Assembly (NCBI GenBank): GCA_028714075.1
Contig: JAQTMZ010000001.1
Location: forward strand, 279,753 to 343,752
DNA length: 64,000 nt
Direction: 5' to 3'
Origin: Gallionella sp.
GTDB taxonomy: Bacteria > Pseudomonadota > Gammaproteobacteria > Burkholderiales > Gallionellaceae
The notes beneath the pieces are model-generated. The model searched no databases, had not been told where the DNA came from, and was given only the letters and a program-made list of their open reading frames with translations. Positions 1 through 10,088 of this stretch are shown piece by piece. The translations under genes and the position numbers were made by a program. The stretch's first letter is position 1. Each line of letters starts with the position of its first letter.

Positions 1-1
1 T

Positions 2-121
2 GTCAAATTTGAGCGGGAAGCAGACCGCGCCTATCTGGAGAAGCATCTGAAAAACCACCATGTTGAGCTGCCAGACTATGTATGCCGACGGAGCACCGAT
101 CAGGCGATAGTACTCAGGTAG
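2..121 (+). CDS. 3' end of an unidentified CDS running in from the left edge
   Basis: Open frame from base 2 (VKFEREADRAYLEKHLKNHHVELPDYV...VLR) to TAG 119-121, converging on hrpA; family not recognised. Confidence 0.35.
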   Translation, partial: VKFEREADRAYLEKHLKNHHVELPDYVCRRSTDQAIVLR

Positions 122-154
122 TGGTTTATTGTTCCGCACACAGGGGATGGCAAA

Positions 155-3100
155 TTAGCCCCTGAGCGCGGCCAGCATCTTCTCCAGCCGCTTCACCGAC
201 ACGATTACCGGCGTTTTCAATTCCTGCGCGAACAGCGACACGCGCAACTCCTGCAGCAGCCAGGCAAATTCATCCACGCGCGGATCGGTCTTGAGTTGCG
301 GTGTCTGGCGCAGCTTCTGCCATGCCTGTGATAGCGGCTGCAACTGCGCCATGCACTGCGCGTCGCGCGCCGGGTTGCTGCGCAGCTTTTCGATGCGCAG
401 GCTGATCGCCTTGAGGTAGCGCGGCACATGCTGCAAGCGCTCATAAGGCGTGTCGGCAATGAAGCGTTTATGCAGCAGCCATTCCAGTTGCGCGCGTATA
501 TCCTGCAACGCCTGAACGTGTGTCTTGATCTGCGGCAGGACTTTTTGCACAGCCTGGTATTCGGTGAGTACGTTGCCGACCAGCCGCGCAATTTCCTGCG
601 CGATCAGCAGCAGACGGTTTTTTGCTTCCTTGCCGCGCGCGATAAATTCCGCTTCGTTGGCAGGCAGCGGATCGTTCAGGCAGCAGCGCGCGAAGGTCGT
701 CTCCAGTATCTGCTGTTGCAGCTCCTGTTGTGTGCCGCTAAACGGGGAATTGGGTGTCATGAACAACATGCCGAGGCGCTGCGCGTCGGGCAGGTTCTTC
801 TCCAGGTATTTCACCTGCTCTTTCAGCAGCAGCATGAACAAACGGCGCAGTCCGCCGCGATGTGCCGTTTGCGCGGCATCGCGCGTATCGAAGGCGCGCA
901 GCAGCACCGCGTCACCGTCGTCCACCAGCGCGTTGAATACGGTGACGGCTTGCCCGGCGCGTTTCTCTACGCTGGTCTCGGTAAAGATGCCGAAGCTCCA
1001 CGAGGTGTAACGCTGCTCCGTTGCCGTGGCGCCCTTTCCTTCCGGCGCTGCTGCGAGCTTGACCGGCGCGACACGCGGCGCCAGTTCGCCGTGCAACTGC
1101 GCGAAATTGCGCGACATGCCGAGTTGCCGGCCATGCTCATCGACGATGCGGAAGTTCATCAATAGATGCTGCGGCAACTGCTCCAGACGGAATGCATCGG
1201 GCGGCACATCGAGCTGTTTCTGTTCGCGGATATAGCGTGTCAAAGCTTGCACCAACGGCATATTGGACGGGAGAACATCACGGCAGAATGCCGCCGCAAA
1301 TTCCGGCACCGGCACCAGATTGCGGCGCAAGCGTTGCGGCAACGTCTTGATCAGCTGCACCACTTTTTCCGCCAGAATGCCCGGCACCAGCCATTCGCCG
1401 CGCGCCGCGCTCACCTGGTTGATGAGCGCGAGCGGCACGGTGAGCGTGATGCCGTCGTCGTTCTTGCCGGGCGAGAAGTTGTAGCTCAGAGCGAAGCTGA
1501 CATTGTCGATCTGCAACTGCGGCGGGAACTGGTTGGTGGTGATGCCCGCCGCCTCGTGGCGCATCAGGTCGTCCTTTTTCAGGTACAGCAACCTGGGCTG
1601 GTCGCGCTCCGCTTCCTTGCGCCAGTGTTCGAAGGCCGCGCCGTTGTGGATGTGTCCCCCAGAAAAATGATGGGGAATGCGTTCATCGTAAAAGGAAAAA
1701 ATCAGTTCATCGTCCACCAGCACATCGGGGCGGCGCGCCTTGTGTTCCAGCGCCTCGATGTCGGCGATCAGCTTCTGGTTATGCGCGAAGAAGGCTGCCT
1801 GGGTATTAAATTCGCCGCCGACCAGCGCCTGGCGGATGAATATCTCGCGCGCTTCGGCAGGGTTCATCGGCCCGTAATGCACGCGCTTCTTGGCGTTCAG
1901 CAGCAGGCCGTGCAGCGTGCTGCGCTCGAAGGCGCTGACTTGCGCGGCTTTCTTCTCCCAGTGCGGATCGTAATAATGCCGCTTGATCAGATGCGCGCCA
2001 ACCTCCTCCAGCCATTCCGGTTCGATGCGCGCCACGCAGCGCGCATACAGGCGATGCGTCTCAATCAGCTCGCTCGCCATCACCCACTTGCTGCCTTTTT
2101 TCGCCAACACCGAATTCGGCGCGATGAAAAATTTGATGCCGCGCGCGCCGAGGTATTCATTGCTTTCCACGCTCTTCATGCCGATGTTGCCGAGCAGGCC
2201 GCACAGCAGGGCCTTATGTATCTGCTCGTAGGTCGCGGGTTGTTCGTTGCCGCGCATCCCCATCTCGGCAACCTGTGCGTGCAGCTGCTGGTGCAGCTCG
2301 CGCCACTCGCGCAGGCGCAACGGCGACAGGAAATTCTTGCGGCATTCTTCCGCCAGCAGACGGTTGGATTGCTTGTGTGCTACCGCCTGTTCGAACCATG
2401 CCCACAGTTTCAGGTGCGCCAGAAAGTCGGAGCGCTCGTCGGCAAAACGTTTGTGCGCGGTGTCCGCCGCCTCCTGCCTGTCCAGCGGTCGCTCGCGTGG
2501 GTCTTGCACCGACAGCGCGCTGGCGATGATCAGTATCTCGGTCAGGCACTGATACTGTCTCCCGGCCAGCAACAGGCGCGCGATCTTTGGGTCGAGCGGC
2601 AGCTTGGCCAGCTCATGTCCGAGCGGTGTAAGTTGGCGCGCTTCGTCGATTGCATTCAGCTCGGCGAGCAACTGGTAGCCGTCCGCGATCATGCGCGGCG
2701 TGGGCGGCTCTATGAACGGGAATTCGGCAATGTCGCCGAGCTCCAGCGCGCTCATGCGCAGGATCACGGTCGCCAGCGATACGCGGAAAATTTCCGGGTC
2801 GGTAAATTCCGCGCGCTGCAAAAAATCCGCCTCGTCGTACAGCCGGATGCATACACCGCTCATCACCCGCCCGCAACGCCCGGCGCGCTGATTGGCGGCG
2901 GCGCGCGAGATTTTCTCGATATGCAGCTGTTCGACTTTCTGGCGGATGCTGTAGCGGTTCATCCGCGCCAGGCCGCAGTCGATCACGTAGCCGATGTTCG
3001 GCACGGTCAGCGAAGTTTCCGCGACGTTGGTCGCCAGCACCACACGCCGCTGCCCTCCGGTCTTGAATACCCGGTCCTGCTCCGCCGCCGACAGGCGCGC

Positions 3101-3931
3101 GAACAGCGGCAATACTTCAATACCTTTCGGATGATGTTTGCGCAACACTTCCGCCGTGTCGCGTATCTCGCGTTCGCCGGGCAGGAACACCAGCACGTCG
3201 CCGCGCAGGCCGCCGGCAGCCAGCTCATCCAGCGCGGCACTTACCGCCTGCGGCACATCCTGCGCATCGCCCGCCTCATCCACTTGCAGCGGGCGATAGC
3301 GCGTCTCGATCGGGTAACTGCGCCCCGACACTTCGATCATCATTGCGCCGAAATGCCTGGCGAAGCGCTCCGCATCCAGCGTGGCGGAGGTGATGATGAG
3401 CTTGAGATCGGGGCGGCGCGGCAATAACTGTTTGAGGTAGCCGAGCAGGAAGTCGATGTTGAGCGAGCGCTCGTGCGCCTCGTCGATGATCAGCGTGTCG
3501 TAATTTTTCAGCAGCGGGTCGCTGTGGATTTCCGCCAGCAGGATGCCGTCGGTCATTAATTTAATACTGGTGTCGGGCGACACCTTGTCGTGGAAACGCA
3601 CCTTGTAGCCGACCGCGCCGCCCAGTTCGGTTTTCAGCTCGAACGCGATGCGTGTCGCCACCGAGCGCGCCGCCACCCGGCGCGGCTGGGTGTGGCCGAT
3701 GCAGCCGTGAATGCCGCGCCCCAGCGTCACACAGATTTTCGGCAACTGGGTGGTCTTGCCCGAACCGGTTTCGCCGCACACGATGACTACTTGATGGTCA
3801 CAAATCGCGCGCGCCACATCCTCGCGCTTGCCCACCACCGGCAGCTCGGCAGGGAACTCGATGGCTGAAAGCGAATCGAGCCGCGCCTTGCGGCGCAGGG
3901 CGCTGGCAGACATGGGGAATTTCGCTGTCAC
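155..3931 (-). CDS. hrpA: ATP-dependent RNA helicase HrpA
   Basis: GETGSGKTTQ, DEAH, SAT and QRAGRCGR motifs; HrpA-type C-terminus (ELRVSLFAQEL). Confidence 0.95.
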   Translation of the reverse strand: MTAKFPMSASALRRKARLDSLSAIEFPAELPVVGKREDVARAICDHQVVIVCGETGSGKTTQLPKICVTLGRGIHGCIGHTQPRRVAARSVATRIAFELKTELGGAVGYKVRFHDKVSPDTSIKLMTDGILLAEIHSDPLLKNYDTLIIDEAHERSLNIDFLLGYLKQLLPRRPDLKLIITSATLDAERFARHFGAMMIEVSGRSYPIETRYRPLQVDEAGDAQDVPQAVSAALDELAAGGLRGDVLVFLPGEREIRDTAEVLRKHHPKGIEVLPLFARLSAAEQDRVFKTGGQRRVVLATNVAETSLTVPNIGYVIDCGLARMNRYSIRQKVEQLHIEKISRAAANQRAGRCGRVMSGVCIRLYDEADFLQRAEFTDPEIFRVSLATVILRMSALELGDIAEFPFIEPPTPRMIADGYQLLAELNAIDEARQLTPLGHELAKLPLDPKIARLLLAGRQYQCLTEILIIASALSVQDPRERPLDRQEAADTAHKRFADERSDFLAHLKLWAWFEQAVAHKQSNRLLAEECRKNFLSPLRLREWRELHQQLHAQVAEMGMRGNEQPATYEQIHKALLCGLLGNIGMKSVESNEYLGARGIKFFIAPNSVLAKKGSKWVMASELIETHRLYARCVARIEPEWLEEVGAHLIKRHYYDPHWEKKAAQVSAFERSTLHGLLLNAKKRVHYGPMNPAEAREIFIRQALVGGEFNTQAAFFAHNQKLIADIEALEHKARRPDVLVDDELIFSFYDERIPHHFSGGHIHNGAAFEHWRKEAERDQPRLLYLKKDDLMRHEAAGITTNQFPPQLQIDNVSFALSYNFSPGKNDDGITLTVPLALINQVSAARGEWLVPGILAEKVVQLIKTLPQRLRRNLVPVPEFAAAFCRDVLPSNMPLVQALTRYIREQKQLDVPPDAFRLEQLPQHLLMNFRIVDEHGRQLGMSRNFAQLHGELAPRVAPVKLAAAPEGKGATATEQRYTSWSFGIFTETSVEKRAGQAVTVFNALVDDGDAVLLRAFDTRDAAQTAHRGGLRRLFMLLLKEQVKYLEKNLPDAQRLGMLFMTPNSPFSGTQQELQQQILETTFARCCLNDPLPANEAEFIARGKEAKNRLLLIAQEIARLVGNVLTEYQAVQKVLPQIKTHVQALQDIRAQLEWLLHKRFIADTPYERLQHVPRYLKAISLRIEKLRSNPARDAQCMAQLQPLSQAWQKLRQTPQLKTDPRVDEFAWLLQELRVSLFAQELKTPVIVSVKRLEKMLAALRG

Positions 3932-3967
3932 GCTTTTTGGGACGAGTTGTGGTTTTTTAGAGATGCC

Positions 3968-4537
3968 CTACACATTCTCTTGCAAAAAATTCTTCAACAG
4001 GTCATGTCCGTGCTCGGTAAGAATGGATTCGGGGTGGAACTGCACGCCATGCACCGCCAGCGTCTTGTGGCGCACGCCCATGATATCGCCGTCATCCGTC
4101 CATGCGGTAATTTCGAGGCAGTCCGGCAGCGTTTCGCGCTCGATCACCAGCGAGTGGTAGCGCGTCGCGATGAACGGGTTGGGCAGGCCGCGAAACACGC
4201 TGCTGTCGTTGTGGTGAATCGCCGAAGTCTTGCCGTGCATCAGCTGTTTTGCATGGATGATGTGCCCGCCGAAGGCCTGTCCGATACTCTGATGACCGAG
4301 GCATACGCCGAGAATGGGAACTCTCCCCGCGAATTGCCGGATCGCCGCGACCGACACGCCCGCTTCATTTGGCGTGCATGGGCCGGGGGACACCACGATG
4401 TGCTGCGGATTGAGCGCGGCAATTTGCGCCAGCGAAATTTCGTCGTTGCGATGCACCGCCACGTCCGCCCCCAACTCGGCAAAATATTGCACCAGGTTGT
4501 AGGTGAAGGAGTCGTAATTGTCGATCATTAATAGCAT
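3968..4537 (-). CDS. trpG: Anthranilate/aminodeoxychorismate synthase component II (glutamine amidotransferase)
   Basis: [29 protein letters not shown]; trpG versus pabA cannot be resolved. Confidence 0.85.
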   Translation of the reverse strand: MLLMIDNYDSFTYNLVQYFAELGADVAVHRNDEISLAQIAALNPQHIVVSPGPCTPNEAGVSVAAIRQFAGRVPILGVCLGHQSIGQAFGGHIIHAKQLMHGKTSAIHHNDSSVFRGLPNPFIATRYHSLVIERETLPDCLEITAWTDDGDIMGVRHKTLAVHGVQFHPESILTEHGHDLLKNFLQENV

Positions 4538-4805
4538 GCAGTGTCCATTTTGTCAGTTTGTCGGGGCATCAAAAGCCAGTGGCTTAGCTTGCCGGCCTTG
4601 CACGCAACACCGCCCATATCAATTGCAATTGCGCCGCAATTCTCCCCCGAAATTGCTTTCCGTGTAAGCCCCTTGAAGCTGGCTTCGGTAATTGCGCGTT
4701 GCTATATAAACCCAAATTGGTTGACGAATGTTGGTTTGGCTGTTTTTAAATAAGCTATATAAATTGGTTATATTTTTTCAAAATTACGCTATGGTAATTT
4801 CAAAT

Positions 4806-4825
4806 TTGTTGCAAAAAAACAACAA
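4806..4825. promoter_or_regulatory. Palindromic candidate operator TTGTTG-N8-CAACAA
   Basis: Inverted repeat in the AT-rich trpG/porin intergenic region; 17/20 match to 45435-45454. Confidence 0.45.
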
Positions 4826-5225
4826 AAATTGATTGTTTTGAGCTTGATTGATAATTGATTTTATCCCTTGATGTTGGTTTGAATTTATTTAAATCATATA
4901 GATAGCCTGGAGGTAAGGTTTGTGTGGCAAGTTGTTGGAAGCCTCTTGAGCCATTGAATATTAAAAAAGCCAAATTTCCAATTGCTACCCATACTGCTTG
5001 TAATGGATAATCCGTTTCAGAATTCCCTTACTCGGTCACTGGGATTTTCAGGATTCGTTGGGCGCAGTCAAATTCGTGGAATTTGTTTTTGAGTGGCGTA
5101 TGTCGATATGGATTCCGGGTTGTGCATGGCAGCACGCGCATCTGGCAGAATTTTTTGGAAGCAGCAAAGTAAATAGAGCAAAAGAAGCTAAAGTAATTTT
5201 TATAACATCATTATTGGAGATCGTA

Positions 5226-6719
5226 ATGAATAACAAGCAATTTCAAATGAAAAAAATAATTTTGTCGCTCGCTGCGGGAGCGGTGCTCGGAGCGGCGCCG
5301 GCCTTGGCATCTGCCGAAACAAAAGTAGACTTTGGCGGCGATATCATCATCAGGCCTTTCTACAGGGATAACGCGAGGGACTTCAACAGCGGCGTCCAAG
5401 ACACAAAAAAATTCACCACAGAGCGAGCAAGGCTTAAAGCCAACATCAAGGTGGATCAGGACATCGGCGGCGTCATCGAAATCCTGCATTTCAGAAAATG
5501 GGGTGGTGCGGATCCCAATAGAGTTGTTGATGCTAATGCTGCTCAAGCTGGCGCCGCAGATGACAATTGGATGGATCTTAACCAAGCGTATATCGAAGTC
5601 AAGAACCTTTGGGATTCTGGGTTGTACATGAAAGCCGGACGTCAGGAAATGGCCTATGGCGATCAACGGCTTGTCGGTAATACCAATTTCTGGTCCACCT
5701 ATCCCTTCCCGAGGGCATATGATGCACTCAAGGTGGGTGCCAAGTACGACAGCTTTGACATCGATGCATGGTACGCAACTGTGGTCGAGAGGCAGATGGC
5801 AGGCCTGTTTGGTGCGCCAACAGTATCAACTACAGCCATGAACTCAGACAGAATGTTCAGTGGCGTCTGGGCTACCTTGAAGAATATTCCGGATCATACC
5901 CTTGACCTCTATCTCCTGAATATGGACGATGGCGGGTATGTCACTGGTGGGGGACTTAGCACATATGATGCAACAACTATTGCGCCAAACTTGGGTCACT
6001 TCCCCTACCAAGTAAATGCTGCCGGCGCTATTGCCAGTAAAACAAAAGTGCACAACTGGGGTACCAGGCTAAAGGGCAAAAACGGTGGTCTGGATTACAC
6101 CGTGGAATTGAACAAGCAGACTGGTCAATCTGGTACGGATAGCGCCAGCATAAGCGCTCATGGCGGTGCGGGCGTAATCGGATACACTTTCCCCGACGCA
6201 ATGAATTTCAGGCTATCCGGTGAATATGTGTTTGCCTCCGGTGATGACACCCCAACCAGCGGCGACCATAAAACGTTTTATCAGTTCTCACCTTCGCCGC
6301 ACAATAATCTTGGTGCTCAGGACTTCATCGCGTTCCAGAACATCAAAGCTTGGAGGCTCGGTGGTGCCTTTAATCCCAAGAAGAACCTCAAGATTTCTGC
6401 GGATTTCTGGAATTTCCAGTTGGATAAGCAACAGGATAGCTGGTACAGCTCTAACCTGACATCTACGCGGGGAGCGGGTGCGCCTTTTGCAGCATCAGGT
6501 GCCGAAGGTCTGCTGGCTGACAAGAAGATTGGAACCGAGATTGATTTGGTGGCCAATTATAATTACTCACCAGCACTTTCTTTCGAACTCGGTTACTCTG
6601 TGTTTAACCCCGGTACCGGAATAAAGAATGTCACCACCCAAGCTAATTTGGTCGGTTACACAATAGGCAAGGGTGATTCCGCCACGTTTGCGTGGGGCAT
6701 GCTGATGCTGAAGTTCTAG
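5226..6719 (+). CDS. Alginate-export-family outer-membrane beta-barrel protein
   Basis: GGAGA RBS before ATG 5226; signal peptide; LNQAY, KAGRQEMAYGDQRLVG, YVFASGDD, GTEIDL motifs; terminal Phe. Confidence 0.8.
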   Translation: MNNKQFQMKKIILSLAAGAVLGAAPALASAETKVDFGGDIIIRPFYRDNARDFNSGVQDTKKFTTERARLKANIKVDQDIGGVIEILHFRKWGGADPNRVVDANAAQAGAADDNWMDLNQAYIEVKNLWDSGLYMKAGRQEMAYGDQRLVGNTNFWSTYPFPRAYDALKVGAKYDSFDIDAWYATVVERQMAGLFGAPTVSTTAMNSDRMFSGVWATLKNIPDHTLDLYLLNMDDGGYVTGGGLSTYDATTIAPNLGHFPYQVNAAGAIASKTKVHNWGTRLKGKNGGLDYTVELNKQTGQSGTDSASISAHGGAGVIGYTFPDAMNFRLSGEYVFASGDDTPTSGDHKTFYQFSPSPHNNLGAQDFIAFQNIKAWRLGGAFNPKKNLKISADFWNFQLDKQQDSWYSSNLTSTRGAGAPFAASGAEGLLADKKIGTEIDLVANYNYSPALSFELGYSVFNPGTGIKNVTTQANLVGYTIGKGDSATFAWGMLMLKF

Positions 6720-6767
6720 TAACTCATCCCTCCTGCACTCCAAGTGAGTCAGGGCGGGTGTATCAAG

Positions 6768-6797
6768 AAGGGCGGGATAAATCCCCGCCCTTTTTAT
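6768..6797 (+). terminator. Rho-independent terminator of the porin gene
   Basis: AAGGGCGGG-ataaat-CCCCGCCCTT followed by a T run. Confidence 0.8.
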
Positions 6798-6826
6798 TGC
6801 CTCTGGGCAGGATAGCTTTATCTCAA

Positions 6827-6855
6827 TTGACATTTCTATATACAGTTGATACATT
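6827..6855 (+). promoter_or_regulatory. Sigma70 promoter
   Basis: TTGACA-17 bp-TACATT. Confidence 0.65.
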
Positions 6856-6909
6856 GCCAAAGCAGTACTTTTATCGATCAACCCCATCAATTAACCAAGG
6901 GTCTTTACT

Positions 6910-6987
6910 ATGTCTAATGTCATATCAATGGTGGTCGTCTCCATACCCCTCTTAATCATTGCCTTCATCATTTTCTTCGGCAAATAA
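6910..6987 (+). CDS. Putative 25-aa single-TM small protein MSNVISMVVVSIPLLIIAFIIFFGK
   Basis: Read directly from sequence (below ORF-track cutoff); promoter upstream, weak AAGGG RBS, terminator downstream. Confidence 0.55.
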   Translation: MSNVISMVVVSIPLLIIAFIIFFGK

Positions 6988-7086
6988 CCTACCTGATTGC
7001 CAGTGCTGCCTGATGTCGAAATTGATATCAGGCAAGGGGTGAGCTAAAGTTTTATATAAAGCCGGTTCTATTACAGGCTTTAAGAT

Positions 7087-7117
7087 AGGGACTCGAGTAA
7101 TCGAGTCCCTTTACTTT
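7087..7117 (+). terminator. Rho-independent terminator
   Basis: AGGGACTCGA-GTAA-TCGAGTCCCT followed by TTACTTT. Confidence 0.8.
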
Positions 7118-7288
7118 ATCGGTCTGCCTCTTGTTGTTTGCCTCGCGCTTGAATTGAAGATGTGTTTTTGTTGTTACGCTACCGTTTCTCCTTTTTGGAA
7201 GGGCGCGCTGTGCAGGGTATTTCTGCCGGGAGCTGGAATTAACCTGTTAACCAATAACTTTGACTGCGCTCGAAAACGCTAATTCAGT

Positions 7289-7317
7289 TTGACATTCAGG
7301 AGGGCAGTTGGCATAAT
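7289..7317 (+). promoter_or_regulatory. Promoter of the tRNA-tuf operon
   Basis: TTGACA-17-CATAAT with GC-rich discriminator CGCGGG. Confidence 0.8.
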
Positions 7318-7331
7318 CGCGGGTTCTGTCT

Positions 7332-7417
7332 GGAGGGGTGGCCGAGTGGTTAAAGGCAGCAGACTGTAAATCTGCCCTCTTATGAGTACGAAGGTTCGAA
7401 CCCTTCCCCCTCCACCA
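7332..7417 (+). tRNA. tRNA-Tyr(GTA)
   Basis: GGAGGGG acceptor stem, CTGTAAA anticodon loop, long variable arm, GTTCGAA, CCA. Confidence 0.95.
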
Positions 7418-7522
7418 AGCAATATGTTGTTGGTTTTAATGGCTTCGTGTGGTTAGTTGGGCGTTGTGGCAACTGCGGTTCTGCCTTATGTGTGGCGGCC
7501 AGTTGCGTTGAAGGGAAAGCCT

Positions 7523-7596
7523 GCGGGTGTAGCTCAATGGTAGAGCAGAAGTTTTCCAAACTTACGACGAGGGTTCGATCCCCTTCACCCGCTCCA
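7523..7596 (+). tRNA. tRNA-Gly(TCC)
   Basis: GCGGGTG...TTTCCAA...GTTCGAT...CACCCGCTCCA. Confidence 0.95.
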
Positions 7597-7608
7597 GTGT
7601 GAATCTCT

Positions 7609-7683
<75 letters not shown>

Positions 7684-7727
7684 AATTTTATTTTATTATT
7701 AACGTTTGACATTGATAAGGAAAAATC

Positions 7728-8918
7728 ATGGCAAAGAGCAAATTTGAACGAACCAAGCCGCACGTCAACGTAGGGACGATCGGCCACGTGGATCACGGCA
7801 AGACCACCCTGACGGCGGCGATCACCACCGTCCTGTCGAAGAAATTCGGCGGCGAAGCCAAGGCGTACGACCAGATCGACGCGGCGCCGGAAGAAAAAGC
7901 GCGCGGCATCACGATCAACACCGCCCACGTCGAATACGAAACGGCCAACCGCCACTACGCCCACGTAGACTGCCCGGGCCACGCCGACTACATCAAGAAC
8001 ATGATCACCGGCGCCGCGCAAATGGACGGCGCGATCCTGGTCTGCTCCGCAGCCGACGGCCCGATGCCGCAAACACGCGAACATATTTTGCTGGCGCGCC
8101 AGGTAGGCGTACCTTACATCGTCGTATTCATGAACAAGTGCGACATGGTCGACGACGAAGAGCTGCTCGAACTGGTCGAAATGGAATTGCGCGAACTGCT
8201 CTCCAAATACGACTTCCCCGGCGACGATATCCCAATCATCAAAGGCTCCGCACTGAAAGCCCTGCAAGGCGACCAGAGCGACCTCGGCGAGCCGGCCATC
8301 TTCCGTCTGGCCGAAGCGCTCGACACTTATATCCCGCAGCCCAAGCGCGCGCTGGATGGCGCCTTCCTGATGCCGGTCGAAGACGTATTCTCGATCTCCG
8401 GCCGCGGCACCGTGGTGACCGGACGTATCGAACGCGGCGTCGTCAAGGTCGGCGAAGAACTCGAAATCGTCGGCATCAAGCCAACCCTGAAGACCACCTG
8501 CACCGGCGTGGAAATGTTCCGCAAACTGCTCGACCAGGGCCAGGCGGGCGACAACGTCGGCGTACTGCTGCGCGGCACCAAGCGCGAAGAAGTCGAGCGC
8601 GGCCAAGTGCTGGCCAAACCCGGCTCGATCACACCGCACACCAAATTCACCGCCGAAATCTATGTGTTGGGCAAAGACGAAGGCGGGCGCCATACCCCGT
8701 TCTTCCAGGGCTACCGTCCGCAGTTCTACTTCCGCACCACCGACGTGACCGGCGCGGTCGAGTTGCCGGCGGGCACCGAAATGGTCATGCCCGGCGACAA
8801 TGTCAGCATCACCGTGAACCTGATCAACCCGATCGCGATGGAAGAGGGCTTGCGTTTCGCGATCCGCGAAGGCGGCCGCACCGTCGGTGCGGGTGTGGTT
8901 GCAAAGATTATTGAGTAA
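7728..8918 (+). CDS. tuf: Elongation factor Tu (copy 1)
   Basis: [18 protein letters not shown] motifs. Confidence 0.99.
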   Translation: MAKSKFERTKPHVNVGTIGHVDHGKTTLTAAITTVLSKKFGGEAKAYDQIDAAPEEKARGITINTAHVEYETANRHYAHVDCPGHADYIKNMITGAAQMDGAILVCSAADGPMPQTREHILLARQVGVPYIVVFMNKCDMVDDEELLELVEMELRELLSKYDFPGDDIPIIKGSALKALQGDQSDLGEPAIFRLAEALDTYIPQPKRALDGAFLMPVEDVFSISGRGTVVTGRIERGVVKVGEELEIVGIKPTLKTTCTGVEMFRKLLDQGQAGDNVGVLLRGTKREEVERGQVLAKPGSITPHTKFTAEIYVLGKDEGGRHTPFFQGYRPQFYFRTTDVTGAVELPAGTEMVMPGDNVSITVNLINPIAMEEGLRFAIREGGRTVGAGVVAKIIE

Positions 8919-8926
8919 AGAACCAG

Positions 8927-9017
8927 TCGTTAGATGCTAGGCGTTAGTCGTTAGTTAAAGCAGAGCCCGCGCAGCGGACAATGCCAACTAGCGACTAGCG
9001 ACTAATAACTAACAACT
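8927..9017. repeat. Heptamer tandem-repeat hairpin (TCGTTAG)n...(CGACTAG)n
   Basis: Four degenerate 7-mers facing 4-5 complementary 7-mers. Confidence 0.75.
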
Positions 9018-9023
9018 GCATTT

Positions 9024-9099
9024 AGGCCAGTAGCTCAATTGGTAGAGTATCGGTCTCCAAAACCGAGGGTTGGGGGTTCGAGACCCTCCTGGCCTGCCA
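9024..9099 (+). tRNA. tRNA-Trp(CCA)
   Basis: AGGCCAG...CTCCAAA...GTTCGAG...CTGGCCTGCCA. Confidence 0.95.
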
Positions 9100-9133
9100 A
9101 GAAGTAAGTAAAAGTTGATTGGAATAATTGCGC

Positions 9134-9481
9134 ATGGCGGACAAGATCAAGTTGCTGGTTGCTTTTCTGCTGGTTGCGGCGGGTATCGCAGGCTACTATT
9201 ATTTGCACGACAGTGCGGCAGTGCTGAAGTTGGCATCGGTGCTGATCGGTCTGTTGCTGGCTACAGGGGTGGCATGGACCAGCGAACCGGGCAAGCGTTT
9301 TTTTGCTTTCGGTAAGGATTCTGTTGCCGAGGCTAAGCGTGTGGTTTGGCCGACGCGCAAGGAAACGCTGCAAACCACGGGTGTGGTGATTCTGTTTGCG
9401 ATCACCATGGCCTTGTTTTTGTGGGCGGTGGATGCCAGTTTGATGATGGTGGTAAATAAGCTGATGGGACGGGGTGAGTGA
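9134..9481 (+). CDS. secE: Preprotein translocase SecE
   Basis: [12 protein letters not shown] motif, TM segments, synteny. Confidence 0.95.
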   Translation: MADKIKLLVAFLLVAAGIAGYYYLHDSAAVLKLASVLIGLLLATGVAWTSEPGKRFFAFGKDSVAEAKRVVWPTRKETLQTTGVVILFAITMALFLWAVDASLMMVVNKLMGRGE

Positions 9482-10014
9482 TGGCCAAGAGTTGGTATGT
9501 TGTTCATACGTACTCGCAGTTTGAGAAAAGCGTACAGCGGGCATTAATCGAGCGCATCCAGCGCGAGGGTATGCAGGATAAGTTCGGCCAGATTCTGGTT
9601 CCGGTCGAAGAGGTCGTGGAGTTGAAGTCGGGACAGAAAAGCATCACCGAGCGCAAGTTTTTCCCCGGTTATGTTTTGGTCGAGATGGAGATGACCGATG
9701 AAAGCTGGCACCTGGTGAAGAGCACTCCCAAGGTAACCGGCTTCTTGGGTGGCTCGGCAATGAAGCCGACACCGATCAGCGAGAAAGAAGTGCAGAATAT
9801 CATGCAGCAGATGCAGGCCGGGGTTGAGAAACCAAGGCCCAAGGTGCTGTTTGAAGTGGGTGAGTTGGTGCGTGTCAAGGAAGGCCCATTCACCGACTTT
9901 AGCGGCTCGGTTGAAGACGTTAATTATGACAAGAGTAAAATCCGCGTGGCGGTGACGATCTTCGGTCGTTCGACACCCGTGGAGTTGGGTTTCGGTCAGG
10001 TAGAAAAGGCTTAA
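9481..10014 (+). CDS. nusG: Transcription factor NusG
   Basis: [19 protein letters not shown] domain. Confidence 0.97.
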   Translation: MAKSWYVVHTYSQFEKSVQRALIERIQREGMQDKFGQILVPVEEVVELKSGQKSITERKFFPGYVLVEMEMTDESWHLVKSTPKVTGFLGGSAMKPTPISEKEVQNIMQQMQAGVEKPRPKVLFEVGELVRVKEGPFTDFSGSVEDVNYDKSKIRVAVTIFGRSTPVELGFGQVEKA

Positions 10015-10015
10015 A

Positions 10016-10078
10016 GAGGGGAAGGGTTAAGGGAGAAGGGTATGTTTTTGTAGTTGCTCTTCTTTCTTCCCCCTTCTC
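10016..10078. repeat. Heptamer tandem-repeat hairpin, purine arm/pyrimidine arm
   Basis: GAGGGGA AGGGTTA AGGGAGA AGGGTAT ... CTCTTCT TTCTTCC CCCTTCT. Confidence 0.6.
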
Positions 10079-10088
10079 GGTTTTGAAC

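Noticed and set aside
4844-4865. Fur-box-like GATAATTGATTTTATC upstream of the porin
   Set aside because: Only about 10/19 match to the consensus with wrong spacing, in AT-rich background
4924-4940. Sigma54-like TGGCAAGTTGTTGGA (and similar at ~5143 and ~7213-7228 minus)
   Set aside because: GG-N10-GC spacing is not met in any case
5058-5225. 56-codon N-terminal extension of the porin ORF
   Set aside because: RBS and signal peptide point to ATG 5226; the extension would mask the signal peptide
7024-7035. FNR-like half sites (TTGAT...) near 6846, 7022, 45551, 47021
   Set aside because: Each has at least two mismatches in the second half; none is a convincing TTGAT-N4-ATCAA
7115-7200. Minus-strand A/C-rich tract with AAGGAG and AACAACAA motifs (CrcZ/Hfq-sponge-like)
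   Set aside because: No start codon after the SD, no minus-strand promoter or T-tailed terminator found; equally explained as upstream DNA of the tRNA promoter
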